Assembly: GCA_040954595.2 (NCBI GenBank)
Contig: CM082578.2
Coordinates: 10,215,519-10,279,518 of the forward strand
DNA length: 64,000 nucleotides
Source: Balanoglossus misakiensis
Taxonomy: Eukaryota; Animalia; Hemichordata
Direction of reading: 5' to 3'
Shown: one piece after another, positions 1 through 14,137 of the stretch
Position numbering within the stretch: the stretch's first letter is position 1
Layout of the letters: the number at the start of each line of letters is the position of its first letter
Made by a program: the position numbers and the translations under genes
The notes under the pieces: generated by a model
Seen by the model: only the letters and a program-made list of their open reading frames with translations
Databases searched by the model: none
What the model was told of the DNA's origin: nothing

Positions 1-3000
1 TGGAACTGTCACCGTCGGTGAACGTCATGCACAGCAACACCATCCAGCCCTCCCATTCGTTGGCCGTACTTGGTTGCACCTGGTGTTGCTGGGTTTTACC
101 ATCACTGGTGTCTTCCCCAGTGTCATCTGAAAGCAAATAAAGTAACTATCCCAATGTTAGTACATACATGGTGTAACAATCAGACTTTCTGTGTCAGGGA
201 TTTTCTGTATTTGAATAAACAGAGCAACAATAAAATTGTACTCTATATTTGCCTTTATTTACAATGAACCTCCATGTCACATATGTACGTGACAGTAAAA
301 AATGCTGCTCCTTCCAAGATATGTTTAAACTTCACACTTTACCTTCTGTATTGCTATAAACTGTATCATTGGTTTCAATCAATCTTCCTGTTGACTTGTA
401 CCCGGCCGGTGTCTTCACCAAAAAGCCACGTTTCTTGAACGCTTGCTCGTAAACAGGCAGGTCTCTGTCTATGACGTTCTGCTGACCTTTGACCTGCACA
501 ATGTACTCCGCCTTCTCTGACTGGTGCAAGATTTTTGCCTCAATCTGTGAAGATATAACAAGTACATGTAAGAAGTAGTGAATTTTGTGGCAAACAAGAC
601 AACTGTGGAGCATTTCATTCACATTTGTGTTGGAAATTTTTTGTCTGAAAACTGAAAAGAAGATTGTTTTATCAACAATTTCTAAAACTATTAATTGTTA
701 CTGACAACTAACTTGATCTCTGGTCCATTTGGCTGTTAGAAGTGAAAGTGAAAGTTATTAATGGCCTATCTTTGTATTTTATATTTTGTAGATAAGAATG
801 TCTGGCTGCCATCTGTTTCATTATAAATCTAATTTACTACATCTGGGTTCACTTGACTACTCTTGTGTATACACCTCTGATAACAGAAAACAAAGAATCA
901 TTGTATCGAAAACTACTTTACATTTGATTATTACAGCAACAATTTCTGTAGGAATATGGAGAATATGGCAGTTTCATGCTTGACTTCTAATTGCAAATAA
1001 CCTCTGTGGCACCATATATCATAATTTTTGTTACAACATCGTTGGAAGTTCACAATAGATGTTTGAATAATTCAGTTTGGGTAAAAATTGTAATTTCAAG
1101 TTAATTGATTAGTCGGTGTGTAACAAGAACATCTGCTGTTGAAAAAAACATTGATGCACCCCAAAGTATGCCCACGTCTGCAAGGGCTAAATAGATGTAA
1201 ATTGTGCGATATTCTTATTACAAATTACTTTTATGTGGCGATGCAAATTCTGCCTTATACCGCTATGATCGTTAAACTGAAGCAGAAACACACCTCATTC
1301 CTGCCTCACTTGATTGAGAAAACCAATCGCAACTGTCAACAGACATCAAAACGCCACCTGATCTTTTGAGTTTTGACACTCGTCTTACAATATAGAGTTC
1401 CCAGGCTATACACAAGTGCCAACCCTACAGATGAAATTCTATTTTTGGTCTAAGGAAACTGCAATAACAACATCATCGGCTTTAAATTAAGTACATTAAT
1501 GCACGTCCCCCGAGGAATTTTAAATGCTAGTACTATTGACGGTCTGCTCGCTTCATTACAACCCCTGTCAGTCTAGATTACTGTTGCATGTTTACATTAA
1601 TACAGCATCCACATCAGTTTTTTATTTCTTGTCAAGACTTTCAATGTTTTAGCTAAATAATGTATAAAATTTTAATTTAGATGTAACAAGTTGCACAAAG
1701 CGCAGAATATGCTCAATTCCTTCCAAAAAATGTCCAGTAGTGCTAATGTTCTACAGGTCCATACACTCATAAGTCATTCAAACCTTGACAAGCTTGTGTA
1801 GCCTTGCCTAAAGGCGGCCTAGCTCTTAATCTTCCCCCATGTTGTGAACTAAATGTTCTTATCTTGGTCTATAAGCAAATGGATTATTAACGAGAGAACC
1901 ACTCTTAAAGTAAGTTCAGGAAATGGAAATGAAACTTGCCTGCTGGGTTACATGATAAACTTTGGAAGGGGAAATAAATGTTTTGCCAAGTCCCCTGAGG
2001 GGAATGGGGAACCCTATATGTGGAGACTGATGGCTAAGTTTCTTTCAGATTATTCCTACATTTCCTGTTTTTTAAAACTTACTGCATGTAAATGTGAACT
2101 TGGAATGACATATCAGAAGATGCATTTGGTACGTATTAAAGAATTTTCCAAATATCCGTAATGGAAACATCCCTAAAACTGTACTCCTCATGGGAATAAT
2201 CAAAAGTGTATACGCACTGCAGAAAGCAAAAATTGATTAACCTTTCAAAGCAGTTTTATAGACATCCACAAGCCTAATTTCACCCACAATGTACATGTAG
2301 TAAATCTTTTCATTGGGAGAATAAAAACCTTTGACATGTCCAGAAGAATTAGGAAATAATATTGTCAGTCTACAATTATTTTGGGTCTCACTATGTATCC
2401 TTGTCACTTGATATGAATAATTCACACACTTTTGCTTGTAACGAGTGTCTCATTCTGGTGCCTGGGCAAGAGCCCTCCCCAATTTTTTTACATTTTCAGT
2501 CTCTTTGTACCATGCACGCAAATTTTAGATGTACATTTATCATGTACGAAGAAGATGCAGAGGACATGCATAAATAATGTCACACGTAAACACAAACAAA
2601 ACATCACTTCCTTGTACATGTACGCAATTTGCACTTGTAATGAGCACATTGGGTATATACTCGTAAACTATTTAAAAGCTGCCATTAGTGTCCATAGTGG
2701 AACTTGGCTTCTGATGGAATTTTAATCAGGCACATTCCAATCCAATGGCATCAATTAAACATAATACATGCTCATTAATTGCATATACTGGTATAATATG
2801 CTTGAGAAAATCCATTTGGACAGAGGCATAGCTTTTGCATACATTCAACCACCTGATCCAGTCTTGAATTAATTGGTTTCATCATTAAGTGTGGAAAATT
2901 GGCAAACCACAGAAAACATAGAATATCCCTCTTCAAAAGAAAGAACTTGCATTTTCTTTCACTGAGACGTGTTGCATGAAAATTTACTCAAAAGTTGCTT

Positions 3001-6000
3001 TTAAAAAAAATGATCTTCATGACCAGTATGGATTAGATCACACATCCAATGTACCAGTCTTTTCTCATACATACAGAATACAGGGAGCGTTCACTGTCAT
3101 GTGGACGGGGAGGGCTTCTGACAATGGTTAGAATTTATAACTTTGCCTTTAGGGGCAATGTCAAAAGTTCAAAGTGTCTGTTAAAAAATCTTTATTATTC
3201 CAAATGGTGTTCGTTTGAATTTGAATCACATATGCAGCTGGGCCATGAGTTTTTGACCCCCCCCCCCCCCCTCCTTTGTATGAATGAACTCAGTCTGGTT
3301 ATGCAGATGGACAGATTGACAAATTTCACAGAAACAACAAATTCTGATCAGTAAAGCCTGCATTTCAAATATGTCCAAGGTGACCTGTCAAACAAAGTGG
3401 TCTACATGTACATATTAAAGCACTCAGTATGATTAACTTGGCTTCTTTTCAACAAATTTACACGCACATGTAATGTATGCAGTCCACATTTATTCACCCA
3501 TAAATTGGATAATCAAATGAATATCTAATTCAGCTCAACTGCCACAGACATTTCAGAACGCCAGCACTCAAGCCAAAGAATGCAAAAACAGTGAAAATCG
3601 CTTGAGTCATTTCCCTAGCACATCTCATATTCATGATCATTCATTTTTTGCACGAACTCTGAACTTGATGTGCTTGCTAACTGTAACTGCCCATAGACCC
3701 TAATTCAGACTGGCAGATGTGAATCCAATTAATCTCATGCAAAGCTAAGATTGCACCAAACTTGTCAACATATTTCACTTTGCTAGAGATAAACTTTGCC
3801 ATGGCAATCGACGAGCATGAAGGCATGACTGCAATTTATAGAGTCCTTCTCGGTCCGAGACTCTCCCCTCGGGTGCAATCAGACCGGCCAGCAGAAGTAG
3901 GTTTGTGGTTCAAATCACCGGAACCAGAAGATAGATTCTGACAGACTGTCTGGGGTTAAGAGATTCCAGAGCAAGAGTTATAAAGATCATTTTACAGCTG
4001 GTTGGCTCGGACAATTAATTTCACTCTTGCACAAACTCAAGATTACATGATGGCAGATTTCTGCCAGATAACCATAGACAGTAGAGCACATATCTTTCTA
4101 CTGTCAATGGTTCAACAAATAGAAGAACAACATGATTTTTTGATGTACTGAAATTTTGTAGCAAAAACAAAATCCAACAAAATGTTAAAAAGTTGACCAA
4201 GACAGTCACACAGAATTCATGAAATACATGTAGGGGTAACACATCTCTTTAAGCTACTAATAAAGTAAGTTGTCAACTTTGTTTACCCACAATGCAATTA
4301 TTATAAATGTAATGCCCCCCTAGCTTGAAGAAGAAATATATAAGGTAGTGAAAATTGAATTTTTATACAGTAAATCACATATAAACGCATATGTACAAGA
4401 ACTCCAGCCACGGTACCTGCCGTGATTGTATGGTTGCATCCCCTAAAGTCACCCAAAGAATGAATATGAGACCTATAGATCAGCACTGGCTTACATGTAA
4501 TATTATGCTTGCAATGACACCTCTGAATTATTCTCATAGCAAGATTCCACTGAGACCGACTTCACGGGGATGCCAGCTTGTACAGTTACATCATTTTCAC
4601 TGGCTAGAGTTGTGGCATAACAACCTAAGTTCAGTGTACTGCGCGATGCTTACAGGCTCAAGTTTCTTTAATAGCAAAGAGCGATTCTAGACTAGCTAGC
4701 GCCAACAAAAATATGACCACATGGAAGTGTGGGTAATTTAGCGAGCACTGGGGATACAATTTCCCAAACTCCAGCTGTATATCTCAATTCTTTCGACTGG
4801 TACCTGGAGGCACTGACGAATGGCCGTGTGAATCATATGGTTCTAAATTACCCTTCAATGTCCGTAGAGAATCCACGTATGCTGCACATACTGTGAGCCA
4901 GTTTTAATTTATTTTTATTAATATACCGGCATTAGTTAGTCGGCGACATTTGACATTACCGGATGCGTGGTTTTTCAGACTCTGCCTCTGGGCAAATATT
5001 CCTCATATTTTCGCAAGTACGCTCGGGTTCTAACTGCGGCGTACCGGGAATTCGTGATAATTCACACCCTGTCCAGAAATTACGTGCGTGCAATAAATAT
5101 ATTCCAGGGATTTTGCAATTGCTTTTTAAGATTTTAATTGGATTTCTGCATTTCTTAGGGGGAAAGTTGACTGCACTGTGTGGAGTGATGCTGCTGATAA
5201 CGTGCTTGCACATGTATAATGTTATTGCAGGAGTCTGACGAGACAACCGGTAATTACGCCATGCCGATGTTACCCCAGGTTTCCTGATATCAGGGAACAG
5301 CGTTTCCAAATTGAGGTCATATTGCGGTCACAAGTGTGTTCTGGATGCACTCCAAATGATAAAATAGGGTCATGATTTTGCGGTGTGGACCACACACTCC
5401 TCACATATCTCATCACACTGGTACCCCTTCCACTGAGTTTCCTGAAAACAAAACCAACCCTGCCATTTTCATCAATAGTTTCGCTTCATCACTACTTTAC
5501 TCCAATTTCACAAAAAATGTCAAGTATCCTTGGAATTTTGTTGTCCTCACGAATTTCACAAATGCTGTCACTTGCACTCACTTTCAGAAAGACAAAGCTT
5601 ACTTTGACACCTACACGTAAAATCACCCATGACTTCACGCTGAAATTCTAACACCCGTCCGGAATTCCAACCATTTTCTAGTTTGTTTCTCCTGTTGGAT
5701 AATTAACAGACCTGAGGCAATGTTTCTGGCAAGGTATCACTGTTTCACCACCAACTTTCTTTGCTGTTGCACAGACAAGCGTAATGTTAGTGTAGATCTG
5801 AGTGGCCAAAACTCAATGCAGCTTGATCTAGCTGTCAAAGTGGAAAATTGCGTTGACTTCCACTTTAAAAACAGCGCATGTGGGCTGATGAACGAATAAC
5901 ACTCCGAGATATTTCTCATCTGCTGTGCTCATGACATTCTGCAAAGTCTGCCAAGATCAGATCAGAGCTCCCATGTCTGCGCAGTGTGATTGACAAAACA

Positions 6001-9000
6001 GATGTATGTCACCGATTACAGTAAAAACATGGAAGGAGGGAAAAATTATCTGGGGAAAACTGTACTATTTTAGGATCAGTGTCCATCCGGTTCAGGACAG
6101 CTGATATACATGTACTGGACCCTGTGAGGAATTGGAAGTGTTTCCCTATTTATATTTGACCATCTGCATCGTTGAGGCCTGGAAAATAGCAGCCTAAAAA
6201 GTTACTGTGGAATATTAGCCCATGGATGTGACTTTCCTTCACAGTGACATTTTTAGACCATGGCCAATTGGAGATGAGTTGTGGACAGCTTGCGGTGATG
6301 TCAGACATGGATAAAAAGATCCATACTCTCCCTGATAATCTGCTAACTGTTTTGCCCTGTTGGTCAACTTTTTAAAAGTACATGTACCAGTAAAAATAAC
6401 ATTATATCACGTTTGCTTCATGACAAGGTTTTTAACTTTGGCTTGCCAAGAATTACAGCGCAATAAAAGCAGTTTCCTGAGAGAAATAAAATTCCCTTCC
6501 TCCCGAGAGGATACAGTCGACCTGTAAATCAACAAGCGCAGAAAGCAAATCTAAATATATTTTGCCGCTTTGGAGTGCAGGTCGCCTGAGGTCATCACGC
6601 ACACACAGGAATTGCATTTGAAAACACGACAGCGCTGTAAATTTAAACGCTTTATATATACTGATGCTGGGGGAATCAGATTCTATTGCCCATACCTGTT
6701 TTGGTCTGTCAGTTCAGTGCAAAGAGCCTACATGTAAGTTTATAAACTACATACATGACTGTACAAGTATGTACTTGAATTTGAATTATTTGATTACTCT
6801 TCGTCAATGCATCTTTCAAAAGTAAATGAGTTTTCATCATTATATCGTTACTGTTTAACAGCTACATGTACTGTTCCTTTAGTTTGAAGAAAAGGAAGAT
6901 CAACTTCCCATTAATGTACTGGATTTATATATCTCACTGAAAGAATGGCATACCTATGATATCTTGGGGTATTACACTGTGGAGGTTAAATATTTGTGCC
7001 GTATATATCGGACTATAATGAGATACATTGGGGATCAGACTTAAAGTGTCTGGTTTCCCCTAACATGTACACATTCTGCAGGAGTTCTGTATAATAGTAT
7101 GCTTAAAATACCAACACACAAACTCAATAAAGAACTACTTGATTAATCCCGACAGGCCATGTTACAGAGCGTTGACTTTTCATGCATTCTGGATAGAATC
7201 TTAATTATGAGTCACACATGAGTGCAGGTGTCTTTCGACCATTACTGAATTAATTTGTCCATTAATTAAAAGTAATTTGAACAAAATTGAAACATCAATT
7301 ATTCTCACAGACATATTTATGGTGTTTTTTATGAAGTGTCACAGCCATGGAGATCTTTAAAGATTAAATTTGGAATTTATTATGTGGAACTTAACGTTTT
7401 ACTTGGATGCACAAGAAAGACCTTCCTAGGCTGAAAAGGATAAATCATCTTACTTATTTCTGAGGTATCAGTATATAAACACACTTGAGAAGTATTTCAT
7501 CAAAACGTCGACACAGCACATTTCATAACACGGTACACAACAGCTCATTCGATCATGGCAAATGTTGGCATACAAAATGATAAGTTATTGCTGTGGGAAT
7601 AGAATGCAGCTTTGGGATAGAAATGGACTAATTAATCCCTTGATGGGATTAGGCTTAATCTCTTCAGATGCCTTTCATTGCGATTGAAGGCAAAGTACGG
7701 CTGTTGAATCTTGGACAAAAGCGTCCCACAATCCTCTTTGGCACAGGGATGTGCAACCACTGTATATTTACAGAACAAAATTAATTTAATCCAAATGCTT
7801 CATAAAGTTGGTGCAGTAGAAGTTCACTGCGCTACCTGGAGACTTGAAAATATGGTACATACACTCAAGAGAGAGATTGAGAGCAAGACTGCAATTATAT
7901 AAATGATCACTGAATGAGCAGTAAATTTAATGCAATTTCACATAAATGGACTGTGGAATATTGAAAGCAATATGCAGCATTCCATCTACATTTATGGGGT
8001 TCGCCCCATTCTAGATCCGTGTTCAGAACTTCACCTTACATGTTTTGTTGTTTTATTCATAATTTCTGTTCAAGTACATCATGTGAATTGAGTGTGCATG
8101 GCATGGACTCTCAAGCACAAAAAACACTATCAGAGACAGTAGTTATTTATGCTACATACACTTTACTTACTGGATTGGCAGGAATGTAAATGATTCTAGC
8201 TTTAGCATTGGCAAAAAATTTGGCACACTGAACTCCAAACACTGAACTTGGGCATACCCAGTGTCACTAACTATTTATTAGCTCACATAGCAAACTATTT
8301 ATAAACAAATCACAATAAGGATAAGTATATGAAGCACTATGTTTATTCTAGTATGTGGTAGGTGAACGTTGTATATGAACTTATTCGGCCAATTACTCTC
8401 AAGTTGACAGCTGTTCTACCGGTATATACTTCAAACGCTGGACTGGGGTATACCATTAAAACAGTCTACCGGTAAAATAGCACATGAACATTTGCAGATC
8501 TCTCTTCTAATTCAAGCAAACTAAAATTACTAGCCACATCATATTACTTTATCCTATGGCACTGCGTATACACACACTTCAGGAATACTCACTGTGGCAT
8601 TTAGTTCCGAGACTGGAATCCATCAAATGTTGCCTCACCATATCAGCCGAGATGAGGTTACACATGCAAACTCAGATACCTCACCAGGCCATATATCATT
8701 TCTAATGTCAAATACTTATTACTTTTTATATAAATGCTATCACATCACGAGGCCGCTCATATTTTATTGTGAGCTGAGACCCCTGGTGGGATCTAACCTG
8801 ATCTGGTGGGTGTAAGCCAAAGTGTGAGCGCATTAAAAGCCACAATGCAATGGAATCCAACGCAGAATGGCGGTTAATGCAGAAATCACATGGTGGTTAG
8901 TAGTACCAATTAACATTCCTTTTGGCCTGAAGTAAAACGGCCAGAGGTGGTTGCTAAATAGGTTAACCTTGCCAACTCTGCTGCACCAGCTCTTACACAC

Positions 9001-10075
9001 ACAGAAGTCCACTCGAAACATTAAACCCTTGGCTTTGAAACTGATGCCCCAGAATGCATGCAGCTTCAGTATGACATTTCAGGAATGGGAAAGAAAACTT
9101 CCCAGGATTGTCTTCTGAGTGTGTGATACAGCTATAAACAGCATATAAACAGAATATGATCCTATCATTATCGATCATAATTCTTACATGGGGTCAACAT
9201 GCAGTCAGAGCACTTTCCATCCATCTCCTTGTATATAAAAGTCTGAAAGCAACTTGTAAAAAGTCCCGAGTAACTTCAGATACTAATTACAGTATAAAAT
9301 TTGTGGGTTTCTATAAATACACTGACGCTGATTTCTCATTATCGGAACACTTGATATCTTCGTGTGTCAACATGCAGTAACATCACTTTTTATTATTGTA
9401 ACCTAGTGGACGCATTGCCTTAAACTTTCGATCTTTGCGGTGCATACATGCCAACTTTAATTAAGTGACATCAACTTTATACGACACTGAAATGGACTGA
9501 TGGATTCACCAGATGTGAAATGATTAATATTAATTATGGATAATTAATATTAATGCCTGATCTCAATGACAAAACTGGTCTCAATGAGTAAAACTTTATG
9601 AAGTTTGTCGTTTTCAGTTTCAAGGAGGGAGAGAGCGAATTTGCTAATAGAGCAGAACATTTGGTGAAGTGTGAAGCAATGTGTGTGTGTCACTGTGATG
9701 TGACAAGACGAGTATTTTTTTTTTTATCACACACCCTACCTGGGCTAGCTTTTGCAGCAAAGGCGACATTTCCTCGACGGCCTTTGCTGGATCTTTGTTC
9801 AATCCTTCCGCCTCCATTCCTTCCAGGATGTTCCGTTGATCTGCCGGCTTTGGATCCCCTTGTCCCACTGCACCACCACCGTCCCCAAGTTCTCGTTCTC
9901 GCCCGGAGTTAAAAGTGGCCACTGCCGGTACTTGCTCCAGGGCTACTCGCTTGTCCTGCACCACCGAGTCCATCCGATACACCAGGTACACGTAAAAACT
10001 CCCAAGCGGGAGCAGCAAGAGAAATATATTCCTCAACGGGGAATGGCAGAACGGTCGCAATATCCGACGCATCAT
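1..10075 (-). CDS. CPED1: CPED1-like (cadherin-like and PC-esterase domain protein 1), 5' part; gene continues beyond the left edge
   Basis: Coding exons 10075-9740 (MMRRILRPF..., hydrophobic signal anchor NIFLLLLPLGSFYVYLVY), 544-343 and 126-<1, joined in frame by GT-AG introns (phase 0, then phase 1). DLPVYEQAFKKRGFLV and WEGWMVLLCMT resemble, from memory, human CPED1 ELQLHQHILTQHGYTV and WDLLICLS. The spliced ORF is well supported; the family call is by recalled similarity only. Confidence 0.62.
4957..5664. mobile_element. Putative non-autonomous DNA transposon (MITE-like) in CPED1 intron
   Basis: Imperfect terminal inverted repeats TACCGGATGCGTG (4957) and CACCCGTCCGGAA (ends 5664); interior appears more CpG-rich than the flanks; no convincing ORF; no clear target-site duplication. 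Confidence 0.35.
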
Positions 10076-13000
10076 TGTCTCGAAAAACCTGATCACTGCT
10101 GGCGAGCAACAACAAATAAGAGAGTCAGATATAAAAAAAAAACGCTGCGTGATTTCAAACTGTCTGGTTTTGGAAGCTAAGTGTCATCGAGTGGGTGAGC
10201 TTTTCACAGCAAACGATGATTTCCCAAGAGTTCTGCCTGCACCAGTATTCTCTCCCTGTCTCCAGGTCTTGAGATGTAAAACATGGCTATTATATTTCGC
10301 CCTACCTCCGTGCTGTTACTGGTTTCCTGCGCGGTACCAGTATCATGCAGGAGACAGGCAACAGGAACTCGGTCCTCAATTTCACAGCATCCCAGCTGGA
10401 CTCCTACAGACAGCAGCAACAATTTGCAAATCTACAATCTGATAAACAACTGTATTAGTCTGCCGCCGGTAGCTGATTGACAGATCTGCTGACTATCTGC
10501 TAGCGCACGCACAGCGGATGTTAAAAGGTAGCACAATCTCTCGACATCTGGTTGCGCTTCAAGCATCCGTTTCCTCTTCGGACTAGATGTGTAATTTCCA
10601 GTCAAAGCGGTCTGGCTTCCCAGCTTTCCTGCTTAGGGGTTGCAGCTTGACGTCCTGGGGATAAAAAAAAGGAAGGAAAAGTAATAACTCATCACCATAA
10701 TGGATCGCACAGTAATAGACATCTTAATCTTCTCGCGGGGGAAATGTCGATCTAAGAGGATTCAACAGAACATACTAGTCTGAAGGTATTGGAGGCCACA
10801 GTGCTAAGTCCCAAGGCTGTACGAAAAACAGCATTTTGGGTGATTTTCCTTCATGCCATTATAGGTTGAGCAATTGCCTGCTTCTCACCACTGATGTATT
10901 CATTAAGTTGGCAATTATAATAAGCAGTTGCATACCCGCCACAAGAAAAGTCTGCCCCGGCTTTGGCACTTTCTTGACCTTGAAAGTGAACTAGCCCAAT
11001 TAAACTTGAGTTAATAGGGAACCAGTACCACTCAGTGCATACCTCAATCTTCCCACTCTCCTCAGGTATCACAGGGCAATTCTGTACAACCACGGTCCGA
11101 CCGTGATACAACAACCCCTCGGAAACACTGTAAATGGTGATCTAACGCTATCACTGTGAATAAACTCATTGCGTATGCGTGATAAGCTGGCAAACTTTCA
11201 AAACCTCTGCCTGGCATGAGTCGGAAACTATAAATTGAAGTCATGTGAAGATTAATTTACACTGCATGCTGAACTGGCAACACAAATTAACCACATTTGC
11301 AACTAGTTATGATAAAACTACCTCCACATGCAAGCAACTTGATTTTGAAATTATCTCCCAAATGGAAGAAAATTCAACTTACAGCAACTGGGAGTTCTTC
11401 CGTCGATACGAACTGAAGTGTTTGTTAAACTTTGACAGGAGAGCTCGGGGTCCGGTATCACCCGCTCCCCTTACACATCACCAGCAATTAGCAGTTTGAT
11501 ATTTGCCCGGCACCGATAAAAGCTTCTATTTCGAACCGAACTCCTCAGGCCATTTGGTAAAGATTTCAATACTGACCCCCTATGCTAGTATGATTTAACA
11601 CACACGTTAAGCTGCAATGAGAAAATGAGAGTGCAATTTATATGTTAGTTAACTTGACAGCACTCGCTGTTTGCTCTCACTGGGTTTAAATAAACCTTAG
11701 CTGCAAACAGGCAGTACTATAAGTTTTTTCCTTCATTTTAGATTTCATTGCCACTGGCGGCTGTGTAGTAACAAGGCATAAATATATAGAAAACTAAAGT
11801 GGAGTTAATAGCCATGGGACAAACACCAACCAACTTTAATGGCACAGTGAAAAAAACCATGAGTATACCACTAGTATGTGGGGCAAACCAACACTAACCA
11901 TTTACACTTACAAAATCTCACAGGCTTCAGAAAAACTAGAAGCAAATTGCTGAAAAAAATAATCAAATGGCCAGCAGGTGACCATTAACACTAAGCTGAG
12001 TGATGTTACCAATGTTGGTCTGAACTTTGCACCCTTTACATCAATAATAATATAGTATAAGACCAGCAGTTCAGAATTTTTTCAAGCCCAGAATACATTT
12101 GCTTGGGAGGAGTAAAAGCAAATACATTTTTTCCTGCCAAATTATAATCATGGTTAATAAGACCCAATCAGGCTGTTTTGGATTTCACGGAAGGACTGGA
12201 ACCTGACCAGGTTTAGAGTTCATAGTTTATTTTTATAACCACAGCCCTTCCACACACTGTGTTATGACAAAATGAATCCTAAAACTGTAGCACCAGTGAT
12301 AAAAATCAGCTCATATTTCCCCGTCTGTTATAAATACTATATTTGTTCTGAAAAATTAAATATGAGTGATCAGTAACAAACAGAATCCAAATCATAGGTT
12401 TACAGAACTAAGACACTAATTATCCACATTAAAAAATACAGACCAGCCCTCTGGGACATGAACTTTGACCCTGCCACCATATGTAAATTCAAAGCTGCTT
12501 CATCTAAAAACTTTCAACCAATCAGAACGCAGAACATCAGATGAAGGGTAGATAGGGAGACTGAGCCAATCCAATGAATGCATGCACTAGTCATTAGAAT
12601 TTACCACCAGAAAATGTCTTTGACAGTGCTGAAATACTTCTGCCATAAACAGGCATTGAAGATAAATATCTGTGTGTACCACATGCAGAAAGCAGAAATG
12701 GGCATGACTTTGCACTGCTTGAGACCTGCTGAGTAATCTCACACGAGTTTGTGTGATAACCCGCTGGTCAAACCACAAGTCATGATACTCAGATGACATT
12801 AAATTTATCTCATTCATTCTTTCGTTTTTCTCTCATTATTTTACAGTCAGTCTGGCCATATCTGCAGAGTCAGTACAAATACATTACCACTAAATCACAG
12901 CACATCTATCATGTTTCTAACCGCAAACCAGGAAAGCTTGTCGACAGCAGACACTGAATCCCAACTCCCTCTACTTCAAGAACCTACAAAAGTCGTTAAA

Positions 13001-14032
13001 TGCCCATAATACAGACATATATCAAGAAGGCCATGCTGGACTTTCTGACACAAGAGCAAAAGCATCAGTGCTAAAGGTCGAGACCTCTGACTGCTCAAGA
13101 GCAATTGTTTAAACAAGATACTGTGGATGGATGTTCTGCATACTGTGACCGAAGACATCTAGTGCAGCATTCATCTCTGTCTGAGTGAATTATACAAGAA
13201 ACGAGCCAGTAAATTTGAAATTCAACTCAGATGTGTGTTCCTTGATCAAGAATTAAACTGTCTTGATACATAAAATATATCTCATTGAGATCCTATATCA
13301 ATCCGTAACTTTTCCATAATTTAGACACTCCCCCCCCCCCCCCCCCCTCCAGCTTGGCCACTATTACTCGGATTATGCATTGTTAGACTGTGGATATTCA
13401 TGCCACTCTGGACAAAGGCTGGGGAAATTTTTGCAACGGCCAGAGCACAGTAATTCAAAGCACGGACAGGTAGAAATCGATGAATCGCATCACGGTCACT
13501 CCGTGATCGCACCAAACAGGTAAAAGATGCCACTGTAAAGACGAAAGTATGGAAGTGTGGGGGCACTGTACCATTTTAAGTGGTGACAACATCGACTGAT
13601 CAATGCGATCATAGGCAATCATGAAAGAAAACGGTGATAATCTTACCCTCACAGTTCAAATTCTGTACCATTCCGACCTTGTGTGGCCACGGTAGTTTTC
13701 TGGCAACCGTGTCCCAACAAACTTTGTCCAATCAAGGGCAAAGCACTCTCGATCTCGCAGATGGCTAAGATGCTTGTCTACACATGTACTCGTGAGGTCA
13801 ACACAAACGTAAACACAGGTTGGCGACAATGAAAATACGCGTAATTTTAGATTAACAAATTCGAAAATTGTAGTCGTATTCCCCCAAATTTATGTTTCAG
13901 ATGTCGCGCAAAAATATGGTATAATTATTAAATATAGTTCAAAACAAATCCACTCCCTGTTAAAATTAAATAATATGCGAACAGAAAGACTCAAAAGATA
14001 ACTTTCATTTCTGACTAAGCTGTAAATGTAAT

Positions 14033-14068
14033 GTCACGTGATACAGACCGGAAAAGTAACATGGCGGC
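14033..14068 (+). promoter_or_regulatory. PPM1H promoter motif cluster: E-box/CLEAR-like GTCACGTGAT, ETS-like ACCGGAA, YY1-like AACATGGCGGC
   Basis: Three housekeeping-promoter motifs within 36 bp, about 70-105 bp upstream of ATG 14138. Confidence 0.6.
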
Positions 14069-14137
14069 TTCGTCTGTGAACTTCGGTGTTTTTCATTGAT
14101 TCTTTAAATCTCTGCAGAAACCATAAGACTGACTAAC

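Noticed and set aside
9752-10180. 142-aa + strand ORF
   Set aside because: Antisense to the CPED1-like first coding exon.
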